Assembly (NCBI RefSeq): GCF_001194135.2
Contig: NC_068999.1
Coordinates: 47,540,881-47,604,880 of the forward strand
Source of the DNA: Octopus bimaculoides
Taxonomy: Eukaryota
Length of the DNA stretch: 64,000 bases
Direction of reading: 5' to 3'
Shown: piece by piece, positions 36,222-48,142 of the stretch
Layout of the letters: each line of letters opens with the position of its first letter
Numbering within the stretch: the stretch's first letter is position 1
Notes under the pieces: generated by a model
Told to the model about the DNA's origin: nothing
Databases searched by the model: none
What the model saw: only the letters and a program-made list of their open reading frames with translations
Position numbers and translations under genes: made by a program

Positions 36222-36560
36222 TTAAGGTGCATGACTCAGTCGTTAGAGTGTCGGGCTCACAATCATGAGGTAGTGAGTTCAATTCACGAACCGGGCTGTG
36301 TGTTGTGTTCTTGAGCAAGACTCTTTATTTCACGTTGCTCCATTTCACTCAGCTGTAGAAATGAGTTGCGACGTCACAGGTGCCAAGCTGTATCGGCCCC
36401 TTTGCCTTTCCCTTTGATAACACCGGTGGTATGGAGAGGGGAGGCTGGTATGCATGGACAACTGCTGGTCTTCCTTGCCCAGACTTGTGCCTCGGAGGGG
36501 AACTTTCTCGGTGCAACCCCATAGTATTCATGACCAAAGGGGGTCTTTACCCTTTACCAG
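36222..36560 (+). mobile_element. SINE family C variant with long body
   Basis: gtgagttcaattc...cttgagcaagactctttatttcacgttgctcc...gccaagctgtatcggcc; degenerate antisense relative at ~29880-30150. Confidence 0.75.
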
Positions 36561-37740
36561 TCATAGGTCAATCCTGGTTGAGTACACCTATGATCAGAGG
36601 TCTTCCCGCCATGACCATCCCATCTTTTTGTATATCAGGGCCTACATTTTCAAGTGCCTTCTTAATTAGGACAGTGGACGAGATTTGGTTGCTCTTTCTG
36701 GCATGTCAAGTGACCTTGCAAACTCTCTTGTTAGCCCCAACTGTTTAACTGTTAGTTTCATACACATTGTTTTAATGTCCACTTTCTTATGCTTGCATGG
36801 GTCAGATGCAGTTTATTGATATCCTTCCTGTAGCTGATGCATGTTTGTTTCCAAACAAGGTAATATTTCCCCATCGCCAGACATGTTTGCACGGAATATG
36901 GGAAATGACACTGCTCGTATGACAGTGACACTCCTTTACAACTGTCATATAATGTCAAGGCAAAGAGACAAATATGCACTCGCATGTGTGTGTATATGCT
37001 TTTAACATGGCACCAGCATGGGAGCTTTTTATGTGGTGCCAGCATATACAATAATTTTAGTAATGTTATATTGAGATTCTAAAGTTACAATTAAGAAATC
37101 ATTATTAAAGTTACAGTTAAAGAAGTTACTGTTGTTATGATAATTCAATACATAACAATTTTAGTTAAGTTATATTGATTTTATATAAAATCTCTGTGCA
37201 AGAGGTAAACAGTAACAGTACAGAATCGTAAAATATATCTGCCAACTAAATGTGGCAGTCCTATAGAGGACAGTGTTACTGTTGTTTTTAACTCCAGGAA
37301 GATATCTCCTCCAGCTGGCTAATGACACACAATCTGTGTCTGATTAGTATTTGCGAGGGAGATCATTGCTCCCATGTCTAACCTCATGTGATACACACAG
37401 ACCTGGGTTTCTTGGCAGTTATCCATCTTCAGTGTGTGTCAGTCACTGGTAGTGATGAAGAATTCATTCCACTCGCAAAATATTATATCCTTTTTCTAGT
37501 AACACACTGTCGTTGATCTCGTAAAGAGAGAGATAAGTTATATTAAATCTCAGAGGGAGAGATAAACAGTAACAGTATAGAATATATTGATTTTCAAATA
37601 TAAAAATCATAAATGCTATACTATTTTGATGCATAATTTTTTTGCAATATTATATTGAGATTTTCAAGTGCATTTTTGAAAAAGTTTTGACCTATTTTAT
37701 TTCAAGAAACTTTGAAACATTCTATATTTTTCAACTTCAG

Positions 37741-37816
37741 AGGTTTATTCATCTCCATTAAAGATAAAGGCCATATATTTGATATCCTATGCAATTGGCC
37801 AGATAATAGTGTAAAG
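37741..37816 (+). CDS. ME1: Malic enzyme exon: GLFISIKDKGHIFDILCNWPDNSVK
   Basis: cttcag/gtatgt, 76 nt, phase 2/0. Confidence 0.96.
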
Positions 37817-37888
37817 GTATGTACAGTTCACTAAATAGATTGGAATTTCGAGAATTTTTATCTTGAACGTGTCTTAGACAGTATCTAA

Positions 37889-38086
<198 letters not shown>

Positions 38087-38406
38087 TAAAATTTAAAATA
38101 ATTTTTTGATGGAAAATATGTATCTTATGCCTTCAAACATGTACTAAATTGAAATCAATCAAAGTCATGCGTTTCATGCCATCAGGTTGCTCACACTTTT
38201 TCTATAAACTGCTTTGATTGTTATTGCCAACTTCCTTCACTTTCTGTACAAGACAAGACGGCACCGATCAGCTAGTCCTGAAGTGCATATCACAAGAATC
38301 GTATTAAACATTCTTGCATTCCCTTTGAAGGAAGTGAAGCGGCCTTTAATGTAAGGGAAAAAACTCTAATCTCTTCTGCCATTAATTTCTGTTCAGTAAA
38401 GATATT

Positions 38407-38620
38407 CTTTTCTACTCTAGGCACAAATCCCGAAATTTTGGGGGAGGGGACCAGTCTATTAGATTGACCCCAGTACGCAACTGGTATTTAATTTATCGAC
38501 CCCGAAAGAATGAAAGGCAAAGTCGACCTCGGTGGAATTTGAACTCAGAACGCAAAGACAGAAGAAATACCACAAAGCGTTTCGCCTGGCGTGCTAATGT
38601 TTCTGTTAGCTCGCTGCCTT
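38407..38620 (-). mobile_element. SINE family A, full length with perfect 17-bp TSD
   Basis: tgttcagtaaagatatt at 38390-38406 and 38621-38637. Confidence 0.93.
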
Positions 38621-39467
38621 TGTTCAGTAAAGATATTATTCCAGGACTGAGCTTTGACTTCGGAAATTTTCAACACAGTGTTAACAATTGGGGCCATTTG
38701 TCATGTCTTAACTAACGAGATATGTCATTTGTTTTTACGTCCATGCTAGCATGGGTCAGACGAATACATACTGGGACATTGTTTTACAGCTGAATGCTCT
38801 TCCTGTCTCTAACCTTTTTTGTTTTTCACCCAATCGCTTGTTCAGGTTTGCAAAAGCACTTTGAGAAAACCTATTTCAGTTGCCAGAAATATATTAAACT
38901 ATTAAAACTTTAGAGAAAGAAACCTGGCTGTTTCTTACAATAAATATATATCTAAAGCAAAATTCCTTTTTGTGAACCTTTAAAATAATATTGTGGATCT
39001 CCAGTTTACTACCTTGTTTGTGTGGATCCCCGAAAATGTTATATGAAACCCCAGGATCCATATGGACCCCAGTTAAAAACCACTGCTTTAGCAAGAGTAG
39101 ATAGCTAGTTGTTGTTTCATCCCAAGTTAGCCCTGATCAAGCTGTCCTTTGATCACAGGTATTCCATCCACAACCGACTTTTCATTTTCTAGACTGTATT
39201 TAGAACCCCATTACATAAATGTATCCTTTCTTTTTTTTTATAAGATGTGATTTGAAGGTCATGTTACAGGCTCATACTTAGAAGTTGCTCCCTTCTAACA
39301 TAGATACACTTCTCTCTAGAGTTAAACCAATCTGTTTCCAAATACTTTGATTCTTCAGTATTTTTCACAACTACTACTACAATCAGATATATATAACAAT
39401 TAATGTTTATAAAACTGGTTAGTATTTTTTGACAGTGTTTATGTGATGTTCATTCTATTTCATTTAG

Positions 39468-39571
39468 GTCATCCGCAATGACCCACTTTATATTGGACTG
39501 AATATGCCCCGAGCTACTGGAAAGGAATACGATGAGTTCATAGATGAATTTATGCAAGCAGTTGTTCGAAG
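39468..39571 (+). CDS. ME1: Malic enzyme exon: [34 protein letters not shown](R)
   Basis: catttag/gtacgt, 104 nt; DPLYIGL motif. Confidence 0.97.
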
Positions 39572-39687
39572 GTACGTGATGAATAAGCACCAGAAAATGA
39601 AAGATGAAGCCCATGAATTATCCTCATTGATGTCACTAATATCCCTCAATGCTGGATTTTAAATATTTACTTTATATTTGTATCATA

Positions 39688-40062
39688 TCATCATCATCAT
39701 CATCATCGTTTAACGTCCGCTTTCCATGCTAGCATGGATTGGACGATTTGACTGAGGACTGGTGAACCAGATGGCTACACCAGGCTCCAATCTGATTTGG
39801 CAGAGTTTCTACAGTTGGATGCCCTTCCTAACGCCAACCACTCCGAGAGTGTAGTGGGTGCTTTTACGTGCCACCGGCACGAAGGCCAGTCAGGCGGTAC
39901 TGGCAACGGCCACGCTCAAAATGGTGTATTCTACGTGCCACCTGCACAGGAGCCAGTCCAGCGGCACTGGAAACGATCTCGCACGAATGTCTTTACATGT
40001 GCCACCGGCACAAGTGCCAGGAAGGCGACGCTGGGCACAGGTGCCATCACGATTTTGCTTTA
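39688..40062 (-). mobile_element. Retroposon family D, well-preserved copy with (CAT)n tail
   Basis: catcatcatcgtttaacgtccgctttccatgctagc...; possible 9-bp TSD tgtatcata at 39679-39687 and 40063-40071. Confidence 0.85.
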
Positions 40063-40097
40063 TGTATCATAGTATGTATGTTATATATTTATTCTAG

Positions 40098-40346
<249 letters not shown>

Positions 40347-41109
40347 TAATTTGAGCTCAATCATAAAGCATTTATTAATTAACCTCGTCCATGGAAAGTA
40401 AGTATTGTCTCCTAGTTCTAGGACCCTTAAGGCTTGCATGATTCCCCCAGGTTCCATGATTCCTCATGAATGAGACATCAGATTTGTTACAAAGATGTCT
40501 ATTAGTGAGATACTGCTTTTGATAACTTTTTTGGATGCTACCTTGCTTGAATGAAGGATGTGGCCAGGGGTTAGGGTGTCGCATTCATGATTGAATGATA
40601 ACAGTTTCAATTCCCAGATCAGGTAGTGTGTTGTGTTCTTGAGCAAAACACTTCATTTCACATTACTCCAGTCCACTCAGCTGGCAAAAATGAGTAACCT
40701 CGCGATGGACTGGTGTCCCGTCCAGGGGAAGCCTTGTGATTTAATTCATATGTCATGGGACCTGGGTAACTAGTTCTATGGCTCCTAGAACTGGAGACAG
40801 TACTTACTTTCCATACTTAAGGTTAATTAATAAATGCTTTATGATTGAGCTCAAAATATTCATAGGAAATGTTTGGATATACAAGGGGTGTTCATTAAAA
40901 ATTTCCCTTGACCCACTTCCGGTTATTGCAGGAAAAGGAACTTGTACAGGTATAATAATACTTCTCTACATGTCACATTGTAAATTGCAGCTTTCCACTA
41001 GTATTTGTTTGTCTTTTACACCTGCTGAAATGGACTAAGGTGTTATAATGGGGGCAGTTTAATGCAGATCAGTGATCAGGTTCTTATACTTGAAAGGTTG
41101 CACACTAGA

Positions 41110-41320
41110 AGTGGCTTTCGATGGGATGAAAGAAGTTTACGTTGATGATGCAAAATGCTTGGCAGTATTTCGTCTGTCTTTATATTCTGAGTTCAAATTC
41201 TACCGAGATCGACTTTGCCTTTCATCCTTTCTGGGTTGATAAATTAAGTACCAGTTGCTTACTGTGGTCGATCTAATCGACTGCCCCCCCCTCCCCTTGT
41301 GCTTAGAATAGAAATGAATA
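41110..41320 (+). mobile_element. SINE family A
   Basis: gagttcaaattctaccgagatcgactttgcctttcatcctttctgggttgataaattaagtaccag. Confidence 0.82.
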
Positions 41321-41517
41321 TTAGGAAAAACAGTGACAGGAAGGGAGGTGAAGAGCTTTTATAACAGTAGGAAGATTAGAGGAAAGGATATAATGATATT
41401 CGGTTCAACTTCTAAAAGAGACTGGGCGACAGAGTTCTAGACAAAATACCTTAAAAAACAATGAGGGAGGTGAGTGCAGGTGGGGGAGATTTTATCACAT
41501 AGAATCGTGTCCATTGA

Positions 41518-41752
41518 AAGGTGGCGAGCTGGCAGAAACGTTAGCACGCCGGGCGAAATGCTTAGCGGCATTTCGTCTGCCGTTACGTTCTGAGTTCAAA
41601 TTCCACCGAGGTTGACTTAACCTTTCATCCTTTCGGGGTCGATAAATTAAGTACCAGTTACGCACTGGGGGGGCAATGTAATCGACTTAACCCCTTTGTC
41701 TGCCCTTGTTTGTCCCCTCTATGTTTAGCCCCCTGTGGGCAATAAAGAAATA
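41518..41752 (+). mobile_element. SINE family A, full length with 17-bp TSD (one mismatch)
   Basis: agaatcgtgtccattga (41501-41517) / agaattgtgtccattga (41753-41769); A-box-like tggcagaaacg and B box gagttcaaattcc. Confidence 0.94.
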
Positions 41753-41914
41753 AGAATTGTGTCCATTGATTGAATGACACTTTATAAGCAATGTTTTGTG
41801 TTGAGACAACTAAATACAATCTATCAAACTTTAAATTTTAAGAGTTGTGTTGTCTCTGTGTTTATACTTCTTTGTTTTTAATGTTGTTGTTGTTCTTTAT
41901 TTCTTATTTCTCAG

Positions 41915-42012
41915 GCACAGCAGCTGTTGCAGCGGCAGGAATAATCGCTAGTATGAGAATAACAAAACGAAAGTTAATTGATAATTTATTTTTATTTCAA
42001 GGTGCCGGTGAG
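41915..42012 (+). CDS. ME1: Malic enzyme exon: TAAVAAAGIIASMRITKRKLIDNLFLFQGAGE
   Basis: tctcag/gtacgt, 98 nt; Rossmann GAGE motif. Confidence 0.97.
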
Positions 42013-43013
42013 GTACGTATCAATTTCAACAAACAATTTTAAGTGTATCAGGTAAACTTGTGTTATTGTTTTTTTTTTTCTTTTATATATATATATATAT
42101 AAATCTTGGTTTAGTCATTATACTGTGGCCATGCTGGGGCACCTCCTTGAATTTTAATCAGACAAATTGACCCCAATACTCTTTTTTTTTTCTTTTTTTT
42201 TTTTTAAAGCCTGAAACTTATTCTATTAGTATTGCTAAACTGCTAAATTACAGAGATGTAAACACACCAACACCAGTTGACAAGTGGTGGTAGGGCACAA
42301 ACACAGACACATACATGTGTGTATGTGTGTGTATATATATATATACACATTGCTCCCTCTTCCATCACTCATTATTCACATATGTTTCTCCCTCTTCCAT
42401 CACTGTCTTGTCATGCCACTCATGCAGCTTTCCTATTCAATCTCCTTACCAACAACCAACATGTAACTGACTATCCTTGTCTCTCTCCCATTACTCCTTT
42501 CTTAATCATCCTCTTTTATCATTCTGTTTTCCCCATTTTACTTTCTTTTTCAATCACTTTCTCACTCTGATTCTTTCTCTTTCATCTCACTCTATTCTGT
42601 TCATTCCCTTTCACTTATTGTTCAAAACAAAAGGGGTCTATGAGAGCCAGAGAAGACTCTTTAGTCTTGTTGAGAACAAGAAAACCTCTTTGGTGTAGAG
42701 CACTATCATAGAATGTTCCCAGTATACTTTCTAAAAGAGTTGCTGTTAGGAACCATACCAAATTAAGAATATGATCATGACACATCTTTGAGAGCAGTGA
42801 TTCCAAATAAAAACTCACAGACTGTGACAATCCATCTAACCAATCTCTGTATGGAAAGTTGATGTAACTGAAAATGATAGGAAAAACTATTCGTAATGCA
42901 TTAACCACAAATGTCTCTTTAAAATAATGTTCTAAATTTCATCTTAGCAACTTTGAAGATTAAATCCCATAAATATTTTAAATATTCCTTTTGTCTGAGG
43001 CAATATATTAACT

Positions 43014-43483
43014 CAGGGGTTGCCAAAGGGGGTCTGATGGACCCCTTAGGGGTTGGCAAGGAATTACAGGTGGGTCGATGATAGCCAAGGGGTCGAATGA
43101 GAGTCGGCTTGTGAAAGACCAGCTCACCCAGATGAATTCACACATTGATGTTATCAATTTCAATAAAAGATATTCCAGCAATATGATGTGTTTTTCACTT
43201 TTTATAACTGTGAAAACAATTTCATAAAAACTGAAAGTTTAATACTGTATACTTGTATATGTAGTTTTAAATGTAAAAAGTGTCATCGTCAATAGAATTT
43301 CTTAATTTGTCATACATGTATATTTTAGCAAACAATTTAATTACCAGCATCAGTACCTGGTATGCATTTAAGATATGGTATGGTAGGGTAGGGTATTAAG
43401 ATATTTTAAACGAAGAGGGTGGTCGATGTGGAAGGAAAAGTGGCTAAAGGGGGTCGATAGTTGGAAAAGTTTAGCGACCCCTG
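43014..43483. mobile_element. hAT-superfamily MITE, intact ends
   Basis: TIRs CAGGGGTTGCCAAA / TTTAGCGACCCCTG; perfect 8-bp TSD TATTAACT (43006-43013, 43484-43491); subterminal GGGGTC repeats. Confidence 0.93.
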
Positions 43484-44112
43484 TATTAACTCTTACAACC
43501 CTATTGGATAATAAAAAAGGAGATTAGAATCCTCTCCCATTCATTAGAGAGCTCCTCCTTTCCTTCCAAATGAAAGTAAACAAGGTTGATACAATTCTTG
43601 TGATATTATGTATTTCAGGACTGGCTCAGTCAGACTGGCTGACCAACTAATGGAGTCCCATGTGGTCCTGTGCCGTACAGAAAGTCCAGACTTTAACATG
43701 AGAAAGCAACACATGGAGTAGTTAAGCTCAAGAATTAGGAAATTCAAATTTTTAATGATATCTAGATACATCTTTAAAACTTCATTTTGTTTTTCTGTCC
43801 TATTATATCTGGACAAACCTCCTTCTACTTGTTGTGACAATATTAAATTTATTTTCTTTCAGTTCACTTGATCTGACACTTATTCTAGCAGTGTACGTAG
43901 CCATTGGTACATTGTATTTGCCCTAAACCCTTAGTGCCTCAAGTCCCTGGATGAAATAGTTGTCTCCTAAATATATACGTTGATATTAAGTAAGTTTTAG
44001 CTATAATAATCAACTGTTTCAATATACTTCTAATTGGTGTTAGCATTTTAAAACGGGTTGTGGCATTTCCAAAGAATAAATGTAGTCAACGTTATGTCTC
44101 TCTTACTTTCAG

Positions 44113-44226
44113 GCTAATATTGGAATAGCTAATTTGGTAGCATTAGCTATGATTGAAGAGGGCAGCACTGAGGCAGAGGCCTTCTCTAAAATATGGATGG
44201 TTGACTCCAGAGGCTTGCTTGTAAAG
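44113..44226 (+). CDS. ME1: Malic enzyme exon: ANIGIANLVALAMIEEGSTEAEAFSKIWMVDSRGLLVK
   Basis: ctttcag/gtatgt, 114 nt; WMVDSRG motif. Confidence 0.97.
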
Positions 44227-44660
44227 GTATGTTTGTTTGTTTATCTATTTGATGTTGTTACTATTTGCAGTACACTTATTACATTAAGTGTACTTATGAT
44301 TGCAGTGTGAAGGCATACGGCTTGATGGTTAGAGCATTGGGCTCACAATCATGAAGTAGTGAGTTCAATTCCCAGACTAGGCTGTGTTGTGTTTTTGAGC
44401 GAGACACTTTTTCACGTTGCTGCCTGTTCTGTGGTGTAACGTGATACACAGGACATATTTCCTTTGTATCTATGCATCATATATGTGTGTATGTATTAGA
44501 GGTATCTACTTTGATTTACAAGGAAGGAAAATACTTGGCTGTATTGTATTAAAATGTGAAAAAAAATAATTTTTTTTTTTCTGTAATTACAAATTTAGTT
44601 TCTAAGAGAAATTTTTTTTTTTAATATCTTTTATGTATTTATTTTATTTTATTTTTGCAG

Positions 44661-44772
44661 AATCGACCATCTGGAGGTGTGACGGGCCACAAACTTGACT
44701 TTGCAAAAGACCATGCACCTGTTGACACTTTTGATGAAGCTGTTGAAATATTGAAGCCAACTGCTATTATTG
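44661..44772 (+). CDS. ME1: Malic enzyme exon: NRPSGGVTGHKLDFAKDHAPVDTFDEAVEILKPTAII(G)
   Basis: tttgcag/gtagga, 112 nt. Confidence 0.96.
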
Positions 44773-44947
44773 GTAGGAATTCTTGTTTGTTTGAAACTTC
44801 AGAAATTATTTTCAATAATCAATCAGTTGTTATTTCATTTAATTCATTAACACTATTTATGATAGTATTTTTTTTTTATTGTTTACAATAATATTTCTTT
44901 TTTGGAAATTGACTGTAAATTCATTTGGAAATGTAAAATGTTTTTAG

Positions 44948-45090
44948 GTGCTTCTGCAGTTGCTGGTGCTTTTACTGAAAAGATAATCCGAAATATGGCT
45001 AAATATAATGAAAGACCAATAATTTTTGCTCTGAGCAATCCTACTAGCAAAGCAGAATGTACAGCGGAACAAGCTTATACCTTCTCTGAG
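44948..45090 (+). CDS. ME1: Malic enzyme exon: ASAVAGAFTEKIIRNMAKYNERPIIFALSNPTSKAECTAEQAYTFSE
   Basis: tttttag/gtaaat, 143 nt; FALSNPT motif. Confidence 0.98.
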
Positions 45091-45254
45091 GTAAATAATA
45101 TACTTTTAACCTGCAAACACAAAAACTCATTCTTTCATTTACAGACATTAGTGTAAGTAATAAAAAGATATTGTAACAAATCTGTAACGGTTAACACTCT
45201 GAACTTTGAATCCAGTGATCAGAGTTCATATCTCAGTGAGACCTAACGTTTTAT

Positions 45255-45545
45255 AGGTGCAGGAGTGGCTGTATGGTAAGTAGCTTGCTTACCAATCATA
45301 TGGTTCTGGGTTCAGTCTCACTACGTGGCACCTTGGGCAATTGTCTTCTATTATAGCCTTATGCTGACCAAAACCTTGTGAGTGGATTTGGTAGACGGAA
45401 ATTGAAAGAAGCCCGTCATATATATATATATATTTATATGTATATGTTTCTGTGTCTGTGTTTGTCCTCCCATCATCACTTGACAACCAGTTTTGGTGTG
45501 GTTACGTCCCCGTTGGTGTGTTTACGTCCCCGTTGGTGTGTTTCC
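45255..45545 (+). mobile_element. SINE family B 5' two-thirds, ending in a 20-bp tandem duplication
   Basis: ggtgcaggagtggctgtatggtaag head; ttacgtccccgttggtgtg repeated. Confidence 0.85.
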
Positions 45546-45689
45546 ATCAATTACATCTCTGATCATAAGTCTACTCAGTCAAGGCTGATCTGGGGACTCA
45601 GCAACAAATATCAACCTTCATTATGTTGGGGTTTGGAAGGAATTTTTGAGTGGTTGGGTTTACCTCTAAGTTGTATTGACCTCTGTTGC

Positions 45690-46032
45690 TTGTTTTAGTC
45701 ATTGGGTTGTGGCCATGCTGGGGCACCGACTCGGAAGGCTTAGTTGGACAAATCGCTTCCCATGCCCATGCACTTGCATTTCTTTTTAAGTCTGGTGCTT
45801 ATTCCATCGTTCTCTTTTGCCAAACTGCTACGTTACAGGGACACAAACAAACCGATACCAGTTGTATGAGAGTAGAGACTATTACAAAGACATACACACC
45901 AGGCTTCCACAAAGTTTCTATCAAATTCACTCAAGGCATTGGTCAGCCCAGGCCTACAGTAGTAAAACACTTGGCCAAAGAGCTGTACGGTGGGACAAAG
46001 TACTAAACCACATGGTTGCAAAGCAAGCTTCT
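45690..46032 (-). mobile_element. SINE family B, degenerate, inverted relative to the 45255 copy
   Basis: gttttagtcattgggttgtggccatgctgg...ccacatggttgcaaagcaagcttctt. Confidence 0.75.
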
Positions 46033-46113
46033 TTCACTTTTAAAATTACTTCTTGATTCCAAAAAAAAATCCCCATTTCTTGATGTCCCTTTTATATTTC
46101 TTTCCAATTTCAG

Positions 46114-46284
46114 GGTCGCTGTGTATTTGCTAGTGGGAGTCCTTTTAACCCGGTGACACTCAATGGGAAGACCTATTACACAGGTCAAGGTAATAATGCC
46201 TATATCTTCCCTGGAGTGGCTATGGCTGTTCTCACTTGCGGAGCTCGTCATATTCCAGAAGCCATTTTCTTGCATGCAGCACAG
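46114..46284 (+). CDS. ME1: Malic enzyme exon: [57 protein letters not shown]
   Basis: atttcag/gtaact, 171 nt; FASGSPF and GQGNN motifs. Confidence 0.98.
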
Positions 46285-47140
46285 GTAACTTTTCCTTGTT
46301 TTTAATTATTATATTCTTTGATATATTACATCAAATAGTATTTATTGTATTAGAAGAATCTTTCTCTTTAGTTTTAAAATGTTTTTGCCTTAACTAGAAA
46401 TTTTATTTCAAAAATACATCAACATTTTTACTTTTATAGAATTTCCAAATGTTTTTATGTCTTTGAAATCTGGCAGAAATTTAATGATTGTCTATTGTTA
46501 ACCCTTTAGCCTTTAAACAGGCCATATGTGGCCCAAATATTCTAATGGTTTTATATTCAAACTGACCAGATTCGACTTCTCACACCTACCCTACAATGTC
46601 ATTTTGAAGGTAAACAATCACATCATTGAAATCTTGAAGCTACAAGATTATGCATGATTAATTCAAACTAATGTGAATAACTAGGTATTACATTTGACAG
46701 ATTAATCTGAATGGTAAAAAGAACATTTCCAAATGACAAACCATCATCATCATCATGTCCATTTTCCATGCTGGCATGGGTTGGACAGTTTGACAAGAGC
46801 TGGCAAGCCAGAAGGTTGTACCAAGCTCTATTGTCTGTTTTGGCATGGCTTCTACAGCTGGATTCTGCACTTCCTAATGACAGGCACCAGTACCACCAGC
46901 TCACCACCTTAATAGTAACAGATTTTCTTTCTAATTTTTGCACAAGGCCAGCAATTCTGATTGGAAGAGATAGTCGATTACATCAACTCCAGACCTTGGC
47001 TGGTATTTATTTTATTGACCCTGAAAGGATTAACGGCAAAGTGGACTTTGGTGGGATCTGAACTTAGAATGTAAATAGTCAGAAGAAATGCTGTTCTGCA
47101 TTTTGTCCAGTGTGTCAGCGGTTCTGCTATTTTATCACCT

Positions 47141-47518
47141 TAATAACAAATGCACTCAAAGAACGCAAACCTCTCCCAAGACAACACCACCGTCTTCTCA
47201 ACGATTAGCTGGAGATGATTTTTAAAATGAGAATATCTGAAATAAACTCGACTGCTCTCGCAAATGAGATTACTAAAAATGAACCTGACCGCTGTCAAAA
47301 ATTAAGTGAAAAAAACAGGAAAAATAATCTAGAATGCTTGTCCGGAATCGGATCAATCCCAAAATCTAATCAGTTTGTGCCAGTCACGAGGACAAACAAA
47401 CATCTCTGAAAGTTTCATCCAAATCCATTCAGCGGTTTTTGAGATATCTTGTCCATGGACAAACAAACAAACACAACTGAAAACAATACCTCCGCTTTCG
47501 CTAAGGCAGAAGTAATAA
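47141..47518 (+). mobile_element. Putative non-autonomous Helentron/HINE-like element
   Basis: 5' aacgcaaACCTCTCCcaag; 3' hairpin ACCTCCGC-tttcgctaag-GCAGAAGT; internal aaagtttcatccaaatccattcagcggtttttgagat; taataa at both ends. Confidence 0.6.
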
Positions 47519-47599
47519 TGATAATGTCCTCAAGAAGACCCATACTACACAACATAAGTGTTTAGGCTGGCCCCTTTGGTGAAGAGGATTGACCTTCAA

Positions 47600-47850
47600 G
47601 AGTCCTGTGTTGGTGCCACATAAAAGCACTTATGCCAGTGTCATGTAAAAGCACTCGTGTGGTGCCACATAAAAGCACCCAGCACACTCTGTAAAGTGGT
47701 TGGCATTAGGAAGGGCATCCAACCATAGAAGCCATGCCAAATCAGACGAGTGGAATTTGGTGCAGCGCTCCAGCTGGCCAGCCCTGGTCAAACCACCCAA
47801 CCGTACAGCATGGAAAACAGACATTAAATGATGATGATGATGATGATGCT
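47600..47850 (+). mobile_element. Retroposon family D with (GAT)n tail
   Basis: gtaaagtggttggcattaggaagggcatcc...acagacattaaatgatgatgatg; ends 55 nt before the last malic enzyme exon. Confidence 0.82.
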
Positions 47851-47905
47851 ATTTCAACACTTGTTTTCTCTAAAACTTTTTAATTTCTTTTTATTTTCTT
47901 TACAG

Positions 47906-48142
47906 AAATTGGCCGAACTAGTTAAAGATTCCCATTTGGAAGAAGGACGAGTTTATCCTCCATTAAATGAAATAAATGAAGTATCTACAGTAATTGCAGC
48001 ATCTTTAGCAGAATATATGTACCGTGAAGGGATTGCAACAACTTACCCAGAACCTGCAGACAAAGACGCCTTTATCCGTACATTTATCTATAATACTGAT
48101 TATGAAGATTTTGTACCCCCAATGTGGGACTGGAAAGAGTAA
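47906..48142 (+). CDS. ME1: Malic enzyme last exon: KLAELVKDSHLEEGRVYPPL...YEDFVPPMWDWKE*
   Basis: tttacag acceptor, TAA at 48140-48142; GRVYPPL motif. Confidence 0.97.
   Translation, partial: KLAELVKDSHLEEGRVYPPLNEINEVSTVIAASLAEYMYREGIATTYPEPADKDAFIRTFIYNTDYEDFVPPMWDWKE

Noticed and set aside
41518-41610. tRNA-like A/B boxes here and in many other places
   Set aside because: SINE heads with no complete cloverleaf; not called as tRNA genes
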